The notes under the pieces are model-generated. The model worked only from the letters and a program-made list of their open reading frames with translations, was not told the origin of the DNA and ran no database searches. This document shows positions 25,802 through 41,535 of a stretch of 64,000 nucleotides of DNA, piece by piece. The translations under genes and the position numbers were made by a program. Where the stretch lies: positions 12,586,001-12,650,000 of the forward strand of contig NC_043023.1 of assembly GCF_006345805.1 (NCBI RefSeq), given 5' to 3'. Every line of letters starts with the position of its first letter. Within the stretch, counting starts at the first letter, position 1. Source of the DNA: Octopus sinensis. Lineage: Eukaryota.

Positions 25802-28630
25802 TAACGTTGTGATATTTGTGGTGAGTCATTCTCTCAAATACGCCAATTAAGTACACATCTGAGTATTCATACACAGGTGTAATCGTATCAATATCAAAAT
25901 TTATTACAACCCGGCAGGACAAGTGAGACCACAACCCATGGCCTCTACCTGGGATGTAGCCAGTCCACTTATGCATACCTTATCTTCTTGTGACACAAAA
26001 CTCTACTTGTGAAGACCTTTTGAGGCAAGTGAGAATCAAAATCGAAATCAAACAACATCAATGGAAATTGCAGCTGTGATACCAGTGCTGGTGGCATGTA
26101 AAATGCACCATCCGATCGTGGATGTTGCCAGTCCCGCCTGGCCCCCATGCCAGTGGCACGTAAAAAGCACCGGCCGACCGTAGCTGTTTGCCAGCCCCAT
26201 CTGGCACCTGTGTCCGGTGGCACATAAAAAGCACCCACTACACTCACGGAGTGGTTGGCGTTAGGAAGGGCATCCAGCCATAGAAACATTACCAGATCAG
26301 ACTGGGCCAGGTGCAGCCTTCTGGCTTCCCAGACTCCAGTTGGACTGTCCAACCCATGCTAGCATGGAAAGCGGATGCTAAATGATGATGATGACAAGAA
26401 TTATGAATATTTTGTCTGCTAAAAGACAGGGTTCATTCCTCTTCAAGCTTGACATTATCAACTTCAGTTTCCTGGATGTCAACATGAAATTCATGAATCA
26501 CAACTTCAATATCATTTATATATCTAAATATATCAACACAGAGATGACTTTGGTTTCTGAAGAGGATTGTGCTGGATTTTTGAGGAATTTGTTATGAGAG
26601 AATAAAGGAATGGGAATAAGGAATAAAAGTTTTAAGTGACATTGATTTTGTCTTTGTTGTGTTTTCATCATCATCATCCTCATCCTTCTTCTTCTTGTTC
26701 TCCGCCTCATCCTCCTTCTTTTTCTTTTTCTTCTTCTTCTCCCCCTCTTTCTTCTCCTCCTTCTCCGTCTTCTTCATCTTCTCCTTTTTCTTCTTCTTCT
26801 TCTTCTCCTTCTTCTTTTTCTTCTTCTTCAGTGTCCATTTCCTTTGCATGCCTGGGTGGGAAATTGTGACCTGAGCTGGCAAGCCAGAGTGCTGCTCCAG
26901 GTTCCACTCAGATTTTGCTTGCTTTCTTTGGCTGTATGCCCTTAGGACGTCCATTGCGGTGAAAAACATTCTGTGCCTTATGAATATGTCCCTCGTTTAA
27001 GAAACAGATTGGGTTTATTTACATTTGTGGAGAAATAAAGATAGCCTTCCCCCCACCCCTAAACCTAAAACAGATTTAAATGCAATAGATCGATACTAGG
27101 GTCATAATTATGGGTGACAATTTCATATGACACTGCAAGAAAAAACTGCCGTTCAAACCGAAAAGATCCGAATGTGTGAGTACACTTTATTGAAAGAATC
27201 TTGTAAAAATTTGAAAACCCTTGAAAGTGAAGTTCTTGACAGAAAGGGACAAAGAGGAAACTACAACGAATCCCACCAGTCAGTAGAGCCACCTATTGGA
27301 GAACTGAAAGAAGACAACCATGTAAAGGGAAATAACTTCTGCTACATTTCAACCCCGGTTCAACAATTAAATTCTTAATTAAGGTGCTTAATTACTGATT
27401 CACTGACTCGTTGCTTATTTGTGAATACGGTATTTTGATAAAGATTTACTTTAAGGCTGTAATAGTGATAATACTACTACTACTACTAATAATAATAATG
27501 TGAATAATAGAATTCTGTGAACCTCTTTATGTTACAGTAATTATTTTTCGAAGCGGGAACCTGACAACAATTAAGAAAATGTGCTGGTAGCACGTTAAAA
27601 GCACCAACTGATCGTGGCCGATGCCGAACTCCCCTGGCACCTGTGCAGGTGGCACATAAAAAGCACCCACTACACTTCTGGAGTGGTTGGCGTTAGGAAG
27701 GGCATCCAGCTGTAGAAACACTGCCAGATCAAACAGAGACAACTTACAAATTACAATTTTCTCAAGAAAGCCAAGAGAAAAAAATGTTTTATTTTGACAC
27801 ATTCTCCCAGTAAACGAAATTTTAAAGTGTTTAGTTAACTAGAAATTGTGTTGAAAACTGCCGTTCGAAAGGAAAAGATCCCTCAACAAAGCTCTTGATG
27901 AACGAAATATTGTGAAGCATTTTGTCTGGCGTGCTAGTGACCCTGCCAGTAAATAATGGGATTATGTGAACCCTTCAATGTTAAAGTAACCATATAGAAG
28001 TGAAAACGGATCTTTTCGGTTTGAACGGCAGTTTTTTCGAGTGGTGCCATATGAAATTGTCACCCATAATTACGACCCTGGTTTCAATCTATTGCATTTC
28101 AATCTGTTTTAGGGGTTGGGTATATTTTTTTTTCACAAATATAAATAAACCAAATCTGTTTCTTAAACGAGGGACATATTCATACGGCACAGAATGTTTT
28201 CACCTCAATAGACGCCATTGATTTGTTGAAATTTTCACCCATAATATCGATCTATTGCATATCAATGTTTTAGGGGTGGGGGAAGGGTATATTTTTCCTT
28301 CAGAAATGTAAATAAACCCAATCTATTTTTTAAACGAGGGACATATTCATACGGTACAGAATGTTTTTTACCTCAATAGACGTCAGTGATTGGTTGAAAT
28401 TGCACTAATTGAAGAAAAAAACAACAAATATCTTACCAACAGTAGAATTTTCTCAATAAAGCCAACAGAAAAGGATGTTTTATAAACACATTCTACCAGT
28501 ATACGAAGTTTAAAAGTGTTTAGTTACGTGGAAATTATTTTAAAAAACTGCCGGTCAAACCGAAAAGATCCCCAAAAGGTATCCAAGCATTGTTCTTTAG
28601 ATGAGAGAGAAGTGTGAAGGAAGGACAATG

Positions 28631-28789
28631 ATTGGACAGGAGAGAAAATGACGTCAGAAACGGATCGGAAGTGCAACGGCCTGACGTCACATCAGGAAGA
28701 TATAAGTCAAAGATGCCTTCTTTCTTTCGGTGTCTGCGACGGGGTCCAGTTCGTGCGCTGGAAACGGTCGTAGTTTAGAATATGTGAGT
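28631..28789 (+). promoter_or_regulatory. Putative ZNF5 promoter and first exon
   Basis: Same motifs. Donor 28784, acceptor ending 30664. Confidence 0.7.
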
Positions 28790-30328
28790 GTATATATTCT
28801 ATATTACCTTGAAGGTAAAATCGTTGACAGAATGCGACAAAGAAGACACCGGAACGAAACGAACCAGTCATAGAAAATTGAAGAACTGTAACCATATAAA
28901 GGGATATAACTTTCCTTAATTGATTAATTAAGGTGCTTAATTAACGATTGCTGCCTCGTGGTTTCTTTCTGAATACGGTAAGTTGACAAAGATTTATTTT
29001 AAGGCTGTAATGATGATGATAATAGCAATAATGATAAGGTACGACTTGCGAACAGTGGTCCCGGTGCGCGCACTCGCGTATCCGCGCTTGCTAGTCGTAA
29101 GTAGCCGATCCTACAATTTCTAAAACTAAGTAAATACGTTATTTTTATAAACAAACTAAGGTTAGGGTTAAAAAGTCGTAGGATCGACTACATACGACTA
29201 GCTAGCACGGATGCGCGAGTACGCGCACCGGGGCCACTGTTCGCTAGTAGTACCGCGCACCTCTCCAAGATATTGACGCTTACTTGTGAGAAAAAGTTAG
29301 GAAATGGGAAATATATCCAGAATACATAAAGTATGGAGAAAATTAGAAAGATTAATCTATTTTTTAAGTATTTTATACTAAAAAATAAAATACGGAGAAC
29401 GGGCACTCGCGAATATAAACAAACATATAAGGGTACTATTTAAGAAGAGAGGTCCCGGTGGGCGCGCTAGCTAGTCGTGACTAGTCGATCCTTACTTTGT
29501 ATTTTTGTTTTATTTACTTTGTTTTAAAAAAATGATCGTAACTTCGGTATAGGTATCGGAAGTACCAGATACATTTCAAGAAAGTGCCTTTTTTTTTTTA
29601 TATATATGGGGGTTTTGGTTAAGATATGTGTTAGGGGTGGGGGAAAAGGGTTTCTGTTATCTTCAGAAATGTAAACAAAACCACTCACGGTACCTATACC
29701 GAAGGATCGCTAAAAAATTATTTACTTTGTGTAAAAAAATTATTTATTTTGTGTTTTATTTACTTTGCTAGGCAGTCGTCCTAGGATCGACTAGTCACGA
29801 CTAACTAGGGCGTGTGCGCGCACAGGGACCACTCTTTTTAAATAGTACCGGAGAAAATTAGAACGATTAATCTATTTTTTTAACTATTTTATACTAAATA
29901 ATGAAATACGCAGAACGGGCACTCGCGAATATAAACAAACATGTATGTACGTATACGTATGTATTTATGCATATATATGTATTATTATGTATACATATAT
30001 GTGTGTGTGTGTAAGGGTGAAAGAAATTGAATATTAATTAATAACATCAATTTCGTATGGATTTTGGCGTTTGGTTCAGCAAATTATGTTTTTGATATAC
30101 TCTACCGATGATTCGAAAATGATTTGTAAGTAAAATTACACAATCTATTAACTATGAAACAATTGTATAGAGTTAATCCATTTTTTCGTTATTTTTCATT
30201 TGTCCTGCCCCCTTACATTCTTGGCGTGTTGAATTAATGCTTGAGAACAATTCTTTAGTGGTGGATTCCCTTTGCGGATCTATTTCTAGCGTTAGAGTGA
30301 CCACATGTGGTCCCTCTCTTAATACTTG

Positions 30329-30381
<53 letters not shown>

Positions 30382-31494
30382 ATGCAAATATATTTGTAGT
30401 GAATCTTGCACGCATGAAGTAGATTGAATCCATCCTTGCCAAAATTTTAATTAACCCTTCACCAAAATTTTTCCCACGGCAGAACAATAGAGAAATCTCT
30501 ATACAGAATGTTGTAAAAGTTTCAATGCCTCAATGGATTCTGACCCCTGCAAACATAGACATTAAATGGACGACAGTGTTGATGTTGTAAGATTTGCAAT
30601 GTTGAATTACTATGTCGTTTAATGATTCTCTTTATCTCACTGCTTCTTTTTTTTTCTATTTCAGAATATAACATCCTGTTGATATGAAAGAAATTACTTC
30701 ATTCAGATGTGCCTCTGATATTTTATCAGCTCCCATCAACCAAAGGAAGATGATATATTTATAAGGAGCATTCATCAATACATCAAACTCATCTTATAAA
30801 GGAAATCTGTGAAAAACAACAGCAAAATATTTCTTCTGGACGATGGAATTAACAGCAACAATTTGAAGTCTTTGCTGTCTGGAATATAGAGGAGATGATT
30901 GTTTTACAGGTTAATTAAGCTTGGATAACTTTACAAAGGGGTAGACAATTGTCACCTCTTGATTTAGATATTAAGCAAAATCACAGATGAAAGAGCATAG
31001 CATTAAATTATTCTCTGAAGATAGCAACACAAATATGTTCATAGAAATGAATTTTTTTCCTATTTCATAATATCATACCATGTTGATTAAAAAGAAATTT
31101 CTTCATTCAGAGGTGTGTCTGATATTTTGATTGACTTTCATCAATTAAAGGAAGACCATATATTCATAAGACACATTCATCAATACATCAGCTTCTTTAT
31201 ATAAATAAAATCTTCGACGAACGATGGGGAAATATTTCTTCTGGATGATGGAATTAAGAGCAACATTTTTTTTGCCATCTGGAATGTAGAGATGATGATG
31301 AACCTACAGGTTAAGTTTGAGTAACTTTACAAAAGAGTTAACCAATTTATATCTTCTGTTTTAGATATTAAGCAAGATCACCTATGAAAGTAACATAACA
31401 TTTAATTATTCTCTGATGCATTTGAACACAAACATTCATAGAAATGAAACAGATACTATCATTGTGATATGTATAACGAAATTATTCTCTCATA

Positions 31495-32799
31495 ATGAAT
31501 AATTCAACTAAAGCAAAAATCTCTGATGAAAGAGAGAAACCATATCACTGTGATATCTGTGGCAAGTCATTCTCTCAAAGTTGTAATCTAAGAAGGCACA
31601 GACGTATTCATACTGGGGAAAAACCATATCAGTGTGATATCTGTAGTAAATCATTTTCTCAAAATAGCAGTTTAACTCATCACAAATTTATTCATACTGG
31701 GGAAAAGCCGCATCAGTGTGATATCTGTGGTAAATCATTTTCTCGAAGTGCTGACTTACCTAAACACAAACGTACTCATACAGGAGAGAAACCATATCAG
31801 TGTGATATCTGTGGTAAATCATTTTCTCAAAGAGCTGAGTTACCTGGACACAAACGTACTCATACAGGAGAGAAACCATATCAGTGTGATATCTGTGGTA
31901 AATCATTTTCTGAAAATAGCACTTTAACTCATCACAAATTTATTCATACTGGGGAAAAGCCGCATCAGTGTGATATCTGTGGTAAATCATTTCCTCGAAG
32001 AGCTGATTTACCTAGACACAAACATACTCATACAGGAGAGAAACCATATCAGTGTGATATCTGTGGTAAATCATTCTCTGGAACTGCTGATTTACCTAGA
32101 CACAAACGTACTCATACAGGAGACAAACCATATCAGTGTGATATCTGTGGTAAATCATTTTCTGAAAATAGCACTTTAACTCGTCACAAACGTATTCATA
32201 CTGGGGAAAAGCCATACCATTGTGATATCTGTGGTGAATCATTTTCTAGAAATTACAATTTAACTGATCACAAACTTATCCATACAGGAGAGAAGCCATA
32301 CCATTGTGATATCTGTGGTAAATCATTCACTACAAATAGTTCTTTGACTAGTCATATACGTATTCATACTGGGGAAAAACCATATCAGTGTGACATCTGT
32401 TGTAAATCATTCTCTACCAGTGGTGACTTAAATAAACACAAACGTACACATACAGGAGAAAAGCCCCATCATTGTAATATCTGTGGTAAATCATTTTCTA
32501 GAAGCAGACATTTGTCTGGTCACAGACGTATTCATACTGGGGAAAAAACATATCAGGGTGATATCTGTGGTAAATCATTCTCTCTTAATAGCAATTTAAT
32601 CAGTCACAAACATATTCATACAGGAGAGAAGCCATATCATTGTGATATCTGTGATAAATCATTCTCTCACGGTAGTGACTTGCCTAAGCACAAACGTATT
32701 CATACAGGTGAAAGACCATATCATTGTGATATTTGTGGTGAGTCATTCTCTCAAAAAGGCCACTTAAGTACACATATGAGTATTCATACACAAGTCTAA
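31495..32799 (+). CDS. ZNF5: 434-aa protein identical to ZNF3 (duplication copy)
   Basis: Same translation as 16589-17893, offset 14906 bp. Confidence 0.92.
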   Translation: MNNSTKAKISDEREKPYHCDICGKSFSQSCNLRRHRRIHTGEKPYQCDICSKSFSQNSSLTHHKFIHTGEKPHQCDICGKSFSRSADLPKHKRTHTGEKPYQCDICGKSFSQRAELPGHKRTHTGEKPYQCDICGKSFSENSTLTHHKFIHTGEKPHQCDICGKSFPRRADLPRHKHTHTGEKPYQCDICGKSFSGTADLPRHKRTHTGDKPYQCDICGKSFSENSTLTRHKRIHTGEKPYHCDICGESFSRNYNLTDHKLIHTGEKPYHCDICGKSFTTNSSLTSHIRIHTGEKPYQCDICCKSFSTSGDLNKHKRTHTGEKPHHCNICGKSFSRSRHLSGHRRIHTGEKTYQGDICGKSFSLNSNLISHKHIHTGEKPYHCDICDKSFSHGSDLPKHKRIHTGERPYHCDICGESFSQKGHLSTHMSIHTQV

Positions 32800-33496
32800 C
32801 AGTATCAGTATCAAAATATATTACAACCCGGCAGGACAAGTGAGACCACAACCCATGGCCTCTAACTGGGATGTAGCCAGTCCACTTATGCATACCTTAC
32901 CTTCTTGGGACACAAAACTCTACTTGTGAAGACTTGTTGAGGCAAGTGAGAATCAGAATCAAAATCGAAATCAATCAACATCAGTGGAAATTGTAGCTGT
33001 GATACCAGAGCTGGTGGATCGTAAAACGCACTATCCGATCGTGGCCATTGCCAGTCTAGCCTGGACCCTGTGCCGGTGGCACGTAAAAAGCACCATCCGA
33101 ACATGGCCGTTGCCATCACCGCCTCAACTGGCTTCCGTGCCGGTGGCACGTAAGAAGCACCGACCGATCGTGGCCGATGCCAGACTCCCCTGGCCCCTGT
33201 GCCGGTGGCACATAGAAAGCATCCACTGCACTCACAGAGTGGTTGGCGTTTAGGAAGGGCATCCAGCTGTAGAAACACTGCCAGATCAGACTGCAACCTG
33301 ATGCAGCCTCCTGGCTTCCCAGACCCCAGTCAACCGTCCAACCCATGCTAGCAGGGAAAACAGATGTTATACAATGATGATGAGGAGGATTCTCTATTGT
33401 TTCCTGTGACAGACAGCTGTTCTTTTGTGTACTGGACATTTCCAATGTTTTGTTATTAAACATTTTGTAAAAATAAAATTTTTTGTGCATGCTTAT

Positions 33497-33893
33497 TCTC
33501 TCTTTCTCTTTCTCTTTTACTTGTTTCAGTCGTTTGACTGCGGCCATGCTGGAGCACCGCCTTTAATAGAGCATCTCGAACCCGGGACTTATTCTTTTGT
33601 AAGCCTAGTACTTATTCTATCGGTCTCTTTTGCCGAACTGCTAAGTGACGGGGACATAGACACACCAGCATCGATTGTCAAGCAATGCTAGGGGGACAAA
33701 CACAAACACATGCATATATATACATCTATACAACAGGCTTCTTTCAGTTTCCGTCTACCAAATCTACTCACAAGGCATTGGTCGGCCTGAGGCTATAGTA
33801 GAAGATACTCACCCAAGGTGCAACGCAGTGGGACTGAACCTGGAACAATGTGGTTGGTAAGGAAGCTACTTACCACACAGCCACTCCTGCGCC
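33497..33893 (-). mobile_element. Same SINE (duplication copy)
   Basis: Copy of 18591-18987 at +14906. Confidence 0.85.
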
Positions 33894-36696
33894 TATATGT
33901 ATATTGTGATTACATTTTCTTTTGAGTTGTCATATTTTCTGCCACATCTTCTGGGTAATCGGTAGCCATCTTACTTCTGGTGCCACTGCAATCTTTCTAT
34001 TTCCATGCTCCGCTCTCAAGGGGTAACCTTATAGTGACGCCTGGTCCCAGACACCATTTTAGGATTTTCATCCACGCATGCCCATGGGTAAGAGCCTGCC
34101 GGAAGCCCCTTATGCACATGTGCAGTCATCAGCATCAGCTAGGCTTGACCGCTGTCCTCTCTCTTCGCCCCTGCTTCCAACCAAGCCGGACACAACTTCA
34201 CCAGCTCCGTGTGGCTGGAATTCTAAAGGCGATCCATGACTTCAGCGAATCTGTGAAGTATGCCTTCACAATCGTGATTAAACTGTCTCTGCTGTTTCCG
34301 CACCAAGGCGACCTAGCTACTGATTGTCCAGAGATGTAACGCTTGTACAGACAGAAAAATAAATATTGTTATTTGTTCAGAGATCCTTGTTCTCTTGATT
34401 TTTTAATGGCTTTGCGGGGTGACTGGGGAAATGTGAAGATGTGCACGACCACTCTTGGACGGTTTTGAATGACCATAGAAAGTGCGAGCCCTCTAACTGA
34501 AACATTGTGGATTTGTATAAAGGACAGGCACACACAGACAGACATTTGGCCATTTATATATACAGAAATGTTGATGTAATTCAGCCTAAGGAGACATCTA
34601 CAGCTGGCTACACGACATGATCTCTTTATATTCGCGAGTGCCCGTTCTCCATATTTTATTTGTTAGTATAAAATACTTTTAAAAAATGGATGAATCTTCC
34701 TAATTTTCTGCCGATTTAAGAATTATCTTTTAAACCTGTAGGTGAAAAGGTAAAAATCCCAGCGCTTCTCTATTTCCTTTCGTAATTGTGCATTATGTTG
34801 GGAGCGGGGCCATCTTTTCCCTCCCCGTTGTCATTGGAAGAATTAATCAACCTTCGAATGTCGAACACACTACACTACATTCCATCCACTGACGGTTCTC
34901 TCAAAGTAGCAACTTAATTATACATGAGAGAAAATAGATCACTGTGATCATCATCATCATCATCGTTTAACGTCCGATTTCCATTCTAGCATGGGTTGCA
35001 CGATTTGATTGAGGACTGGCGAACCAGGAGGCAGCACCAGGCTCCAATCTGATCTGGCAGAATTTCTACAGCTGGATGCCCTTCCTAACACCAACCAGCT
35101 GTAGAAACTCTACCAGATCAGATTGGAGCCTGGTGCTGCCATCTGTTCTTTGGGAATAATGGGGATCTTTCCGGTTTGAACGGCAGGTTTTTAAATTTCT
35201 AGTAAAACTAAAACAATTTTAAACTTCGTATACAGATAGAATGTATTTATAAAGCATCTTTTTCCTTGGCTTTATTGAGAAAATTCTGTAGTTTGTAACA
35301 TATTTGTTGTTTTTTTTCTGCAATTTCAACCAATCAATGACGTCTATTGAGGTAAAAAAACACGTGCCTTATGACTATGTCCCTCGTTTTTGTAGCGGTG
35401 TCATATGTAATTGTCACCCATAATTATGACCCTAGGATCGATCTATTGCATTTCAATATGTGTTAAGGTTAGGGGTGGGGGAAGGGTATCATTTTTTATT
35501 CTAAAATGTAAATAAACCCAATCTGTTTCTTAAACGAGGGACATATTCATAAGGCACATAATGTTTTTTTCACCTCAATAGACATCATCGATTGGTTGAA
35601 AGTGCAGAAAAAAACAACAAAGATGTTACAAACTACAGAATTTTCTCAATAAAGCCAAAGAAAAAGATGCTTTATAAATACATTCTATCTGTATATGAAG
35701 TTTAAAATTTTTTTAGTTACCTAGAAATTTAAAAACCTGCAGTTCAAACCGAAAAGATCCCCATTATTCCCAGAGAACAGATGGCAGCACCAGGCTCCAA
35801 TCTGATCTGGCAGAGTTTCTACAGCTGGATGCCCTTCCTAACACCAACAAGCTGTAGAAACTCTACCAGATCAGATTGGAGCCTGGTGCAGCCATCTGGT
35901 TTGACAACTGTTCTCTGGGAATAATGGGGATCTTTTCGGTTTGAACGGCAGGTTTTTAAATTTCTAGGTAACTAAAAAAATTTTAAACTTCATATACAGA
36001 TAGAATGTATTTATAAAGCATCTTTTTCTTTGGCTTTATTGAGAAAATTCTGTAGTTTGTAACATCTTTGTTGTTTTTTTCTGCACTTTCAACCAATCAA
36101 TGATGTCTATTGAGTTAAAAAAAAACATTATGTGCCTTATGAATATGTCCCTCGTTTAAGAAACAGATTGGGTTTATTTACATTTTAGAAGAAAAAATGA
36201 TACCCTTCCCCCACCCCTAACCTTAACACATATTGAAATGCAATAGATCGATCCTAGGGTCATAATTATGGGTGACAATTACATATGACACCGCTACAAA
36301 AACTTCCGGTCAAACCGAAAAGACCCTTTTTTTTTACACAAGGTAAATAATAAGGCGATGCTTTGATATATAAATACACACGTGACTTTGTTTACATTTG
36401 CGAAGATAACAGAAAGCCTTTTCTCCCCCACTTCTAACCCTAACACGTGGACATTCTTTTAAAAAACTGCCGGTCAAACCGAAAAGATCCCAAATATCTT
36501 ACAAACTATAGAATTTTCTCAATAAAGCCAAGAGAAAAAGATGTTTTATAAACATATTCTACCAGTATACGAAGTTTAAAAGTGTTTAGTTACGTGGAAA
36601 TTATTTTTAAAAACTGCCGGTCAAACCGAAAAGATCCCCAAAAGGTATCCAAGCATTGTTCTTTAGATGAGAGAGAAGTGTGAAGGAAGGACAATG

Positions 36697-36855
36697 ATTG
36701 GACAGGAGAGAAAATGACGTCAGAAACGGATCGGAAGTGCAACGGCCTGACGTCACATCAGGAAGATATAAGTCAAAGATGCCTTCTTTCCTTCAGGGTC
36801 TGCGACGGGGTCCAGTTCGTGCGCTGGAAACGGTCGTAGATTAGAATATGTGAGT
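36697..36855 (+). promoter_or_regulatory. Putative ZNF6 promoter and first exon
   Basis: Same motifs. Donor 36850, acceptor ending 38648. Confidence 0.7.
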
Positions 36856-39479
36856 GTATATATTCTATATTACCTTCAAGGTAAAACCGTTGACAGAATG
36901 GGACAAAGAAGACACCGGAACGAAACGAACCAGTCATAGAAAATTGAAGAACTATAACCATATAAAGGGATATAACTTTCCTTAATTAATTAATTAAGGT
37001 GCTTAATTAACGATCACTGACTCGTTGTTTGTATCTGAATACGGTAAGTTTACAAAGATTTATTTTAAGGCTTTAATGATGATGATAATACCAATAATGA
37101 TAAGGTACTACTAGCGAACAGTGGTCCCGGTGCGAGCACTCGCGCTTGCTAGTCGTAAGTAGTCGATCCTACAATTTTTAAAACTAAGTAAATACGTTAT
37201 TTTTGTAAACAAACTAAGGTTAGGGTTAAAAAGTCGTAGGATCGACTACATACGACTAGCTTGCACGGATGCGTGAGTGCGCGCACCTGGACCACTGTTC
37301 GCGAGTAGTACCGCGCACCTCTCCAGGATAATGACGCTTACTTGTGAGAAAAAGTTAGGAAATGGGAAATATATCCAGAATACATAAAGTATGGAGAAAA
37401 TAAGAAAGATTGATCTATTTTTTAAATATTTTATACTAAAAAATAAAATACGGAGAACGGGCACTCGCGAATATAAACAAACTTATAAGGGTACTATTTA
37501 AGAAGAGCGGTCCCGGTGAGCGCGCTAGCTAGTCGTGACTAGTCGATCCTTACTTTGTATTTTTGTTTTAAAAAAATGAGCGTAACTTCGGTATAGGTAC
37601 CGGAAGTACCAGATACATTTCAAGAAAGTGTCTTTTTTTTTTATATATATGGGGTTTTTTGTTAAGATTTGTGTTAGGGGTGGGAGAAAAGGGTTTCTGT
37701 TATCTTCAGAAATGTAAACAAAGCCACTCACGGTACCTATACTGAAGGATCACCAAAAAATTACTTATTTTGTGTTTTATTTACTTTGGTAGGTAGTCGT
37801 TGTAGGATCGACTAGTCACGACTAACTAGCGCGAGTGCGCGCACCGGGACCACTCTTTTTAAATAGTACCGGAGAAAATTACGATTAATCTATTTTTTTA
37901 ACTATTTTATACTAAAAAATAAAATACGCAGAACGGGCACTCGCGAATATAAACAAACATGTATGTACGTATACGTATGTATTTATGCATATATATGTAT
38001 TATTATGTATACATATATGTGTGTGTGTGTAAGGGTGAAAGAAATTGAATATTAATTAATAACATCAATTTCGTATAGATTTTGGCGTTTGGTTCAGCAA
38101 ATTATGTTTTTGATATACTCTACCGATGATTCGAAAATGATTTGTAAGTAAAATTACACAATCTATTAACGATGAAACAATTGTATAGAGTTAATCCATT
38201 TTTTCGTTATTTTTCATTTGTCCTGCCCGCTTACATTCTTGGCGTGTTGAATTAATGCTTGAGAACAATTCTTTAGTGGTGGATTCCCTTTGCGGATCTA
38301 TTTCTAGCGTTAGAGTGACCACATGTGGTCCCTCTCTTAATACTTGTATGTATATGTGTGTGTGTATACAAATATATTTGCAGTGAATCTTGCACGCATG
38401 AAGTAGATTGGATCCACCATAGCCAAAATTTTAATGAACCCTTCACCAAAATTTTTCCCACGGCAGAACAATAGAGAAATCTCTATACAGAATGTTGTAA
38501 AAGTTTCAATGCCTCAATGGATTCTGACCCCTGCAAACATAGACATTAAATGGACGACAGTGTTGATGTTGTAAGATTTGCAATGTTGAATTACTATGTC
38601 GTTTAATGATTCTCTTTATCTCACTGCTTCTTTTTTTTTCTATTTTAGAATATAACATCCTGTTGATATGAAAGAAATTACTTCATTCAGATGTGCCTCT
38701 GATATTCTATCAGCTCCCATCAACCAAAGGAAGATGATATATTTATAAGGAGCATTCATCAATACATCAAACCCATCTTATAAAGGAAATCTGTGAAAAA
38801 CAACAGCAAAATATTTCTTCTGGACGATGGAATTAACAGCAACAATTTGAAGTCTTTCCTGTCTGGAATATAGAGGAGATGATTGTTTTACAGGTTAATT
38901 AAGCTTGGATAACTTTACAAAGCGGCAGGCAATTGTCACCTCTTGATTTAGATATTAAGCAAAATCACAGATGAAAGAAGCATAGCATTAAATTAATCTC
39001 TGAAAATAGCAACACAAATATATTCATAGAAATGAATTTTTTTCCTATTTCAGAATATCATACCATGTTGATTTAAAAGAAATTTCTTCATTCAGATGTG
39101 TGTCTGATATTTTGATTGACTTTCATCAATTAAAGGAAGACCATATATTCATAAGGCACATTCATCAAAACATCAGCCTCTTTATATAAATAAAATCTTC
39201 GACGAACGATGGGGAAATATTTCTTCTGGATGATGGAATTAAGAGCAACATTTTTTTTGCCATCTGGAATGTAGAGATGATGATGAACCTACAGGTTAAG
39301 TTTGAGTAACTTTACAAAAGAGTTAACCAATTTATATCTTCTGTTTTAGATATTAAGCAAGATCACCAATGAAAGTAACATAACATTTAATTATTCTCTG
39401 ATGCATTTGAACACAAACATTCATAGAAATGAAACAGATACTATCATTGTGATATGTATAACGAAATTATTCTCTCATA

Positions 39480-41024
39480 ATGAATAATTCAACTAAAGCA
39501 AAAATCTCTGATAAAAGAGAGAAGCCATATCACTGTGATATCTGTGGTAAGTCATTCTCTCATAGTAGTAATCTAAGAAGGCACAGACGTGTTCATACTG
39601 GAGAAAAACCATATCAGTGTGATATCTGTGGTAAGTCATTTTCTGAAAATGGCACTTTAACTCATCACAAATTTATTCATACTGGGGAAAAGCCATATCA
39701 CTGTGATATCTGTGGTAACTCATTCTCTCAAAGTGGTAATTTAAGAAGGCACAGACGTGTTCATACTGGAGAAAAACCATATCAGTGTGATATCTGTAGT
39801 AAATCATTTTCTGACAAAAGCTCTTTAACTCATCACAAATTTATTCATACTGGGGAAAAGCCGCATCAGTGTGATATATGTGGTAAATCATTTCCTGGAA
39901 GTGCTGACCTACCTAAACACAAACGTACTCATACAGGAGAGAAACCATATCAGTGTGATATCTGTGGTAAATCATTTTCTCAAAGATCTGAATTACCTAG
40001 ACACAAACGTACTCATACAGGAGAGAAACCATATCAGTGTGATATCTGTGGTAAATCATTTTCTCGAAATAGCAATTTAACTCATCACAAATTTATTCAT
40101 ACTGGGGAAAAGCCATATCAGTGTGATATCTGTGGTAAATCATTTTCTGAAAATAGCACTTTAACTCATCACAAATTTATTCATACTGGGGAAAAGCCAC
40201 ATCAGTGTGATATCTGTGGTAAATCATTCTCTACCAGTGGTGACTTACGTACACATACAGGAGAGAAGCTATACCATTGTGATATCTGTGGTAAATCATT
40301 CACTACAAGTAGTCATTTGACTAGTCATATACGTATTCATACTGGGGAAAAACCATATCAATGTGATATCTGTGGTAAATCATTTTCCCATAATTCTACT
40401 TTAAACGGGCACAAACGTATTCATACAGGCGAGAAGCCATATCAGTGTGATATCTGTGGTAAATCATTCTCTGAAAATAGCCATTTAACCAGACACGAAC
40501 ATATTCATACAGGAGAGAAGCGATATCATTGTAATATCTGTGGTAAATCATTTTCCCAGCATTCTACTTTAAACGGGCACAAACGTATTCATACAGGTGA
40601 GAAGCCATATCATTGTGATATCTGTGGTAAATCATTCTCTCACAGTAGTGACCTGTCTAATCACAAACGTATTCATACAGGTGAAAAACCATATCATTGT
40701 AATATTTGTGGTAAATCATTCTCCAGAAGTAATACTTTGTCTGGTCACAGACGTATTCATACTGGGGAAAAACCATATCCGTGTGATATCTGTGGTAAAT
40801 CATTTTCCCAGCATTTTACTTTAAAGGAGCACAAACGTATTCATACGGGTGAGAAGCCATATCATTGTGATATCTGTGGTAAATCATTCTCTCACGGTAG
40901 TGACCTGCCTAAACACAAACGGATTCATACAGGTGAAAAACCATATCAGTGTAATATCTGTGGTGAGTCATTCTCTCAAAAGCGCCACTTAAGCACACAT
41001 CTGAGTATTCATACACAGGTGTAA
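39480..41024 (+). CDS. ZNF6: 514-aa C2H2 zinc-finger protein, 18 finger units (finger 9 broken by in-frame deletion)
   Basis: Uninterrupted ORF ending [16 protein letters not shown]. Confidence 0.95.
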   Translation: MNNSTKAKISDKREKPYHCDICGKSFSHSSNLRRHRRVHTGEKPYQCDICGKSFSENGTLTHHKFIHTGEKPYHCDICGNSFSQSGNLRRHRRVHTGEKPYQCDICSKSFSDKSSLTHHKFIHTGEKPHQCDICGKSFPGSADLPKHKRTHTGEKPYQCDICGKSFSQRSELPRHKRTHTGEKPYQCDICGKSFSRNSNLTHHKFIHTGEKPYQCDICGKSFSENSTLTHHKFIHTGEKPHQCDICGKSFSTSGDLRTHTGEKLYHCDICGKSFTTSSHLTSHIRIHTGEKPYQCDICGKSFSHNSTLNGHKRIHTGEKPYQCDICGKSFSENSHLTRHEHIHTGEKRYHCNICGKSFSQHSTLNGHKRIHTGEKPYHCDICGKSFSHSSDLSNHKRIHTGEKPYHCNICGKSFSRSNTLSGHRRIHTGEKPYPCDICGKSFSQHFTLKEHKRIHTGEKPYHCDICGKSFSHGSDLPKHKRIHTGEKPYQCNICGESFSQKRHLSTHLSIHTQV

Positions 41025-41049
41025 TCATATCAATATAAAAAGTTATTAC

Positions 41050-41535
41050 AACACGGCAGGACAAGTGAGACTATAACCCATGGCCTGCACCTGGGATGTA
41101 GCCAGTCCATTTATGCATAGCTTTCCTTCTTGGGACACAAAACTCTACTTGTGAAGACCTGTTGAGGCAAGTGAGAATCAGAATCAAAATCGAAATCAAC
41201 CAACATCAATGGAAATTGCAGCTGTGATACCAGTGCTGGTGGCATGTAAAAAGCATGATCGTGGCCGTTGCCAGTCTAGCCTGGCCCCCATGCGGCTGGC
41301 ACGTGAAACGCACCATCCGATCGTGGCCGTTGCCAGCCCCATCAGGCGCCTGTAATGGTGACACGTAAAAAGCACCCACTACACTCACAGAGTGGTTGGC
41401 ATTAGGAAGGGCATCCAGCCGTAGAAACATTGCCAGATCAGACTGGGCCAGGTGCAGCCTTCTGGCTTCCCAGACTCCAGTTGGACTGTCCAACCCATGC
41501 TAGCATGGAAAGCGGACGCTAAATGATGATGATGA
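41050..41535 (+). mobile_element. Retroposon 3' tail after ZNF6
   Basis: Same family. Confidence 0.75.

Noticed and set aside
39480-41024. PRDM9 or KRAB-ZNF identity
   Set aside because: No KRAB, SSXRD, SET, SCAN, BTB or ZAD coding sequence is visible upstream; the N-terminus is only 16 aa. No gene symbol assigned.
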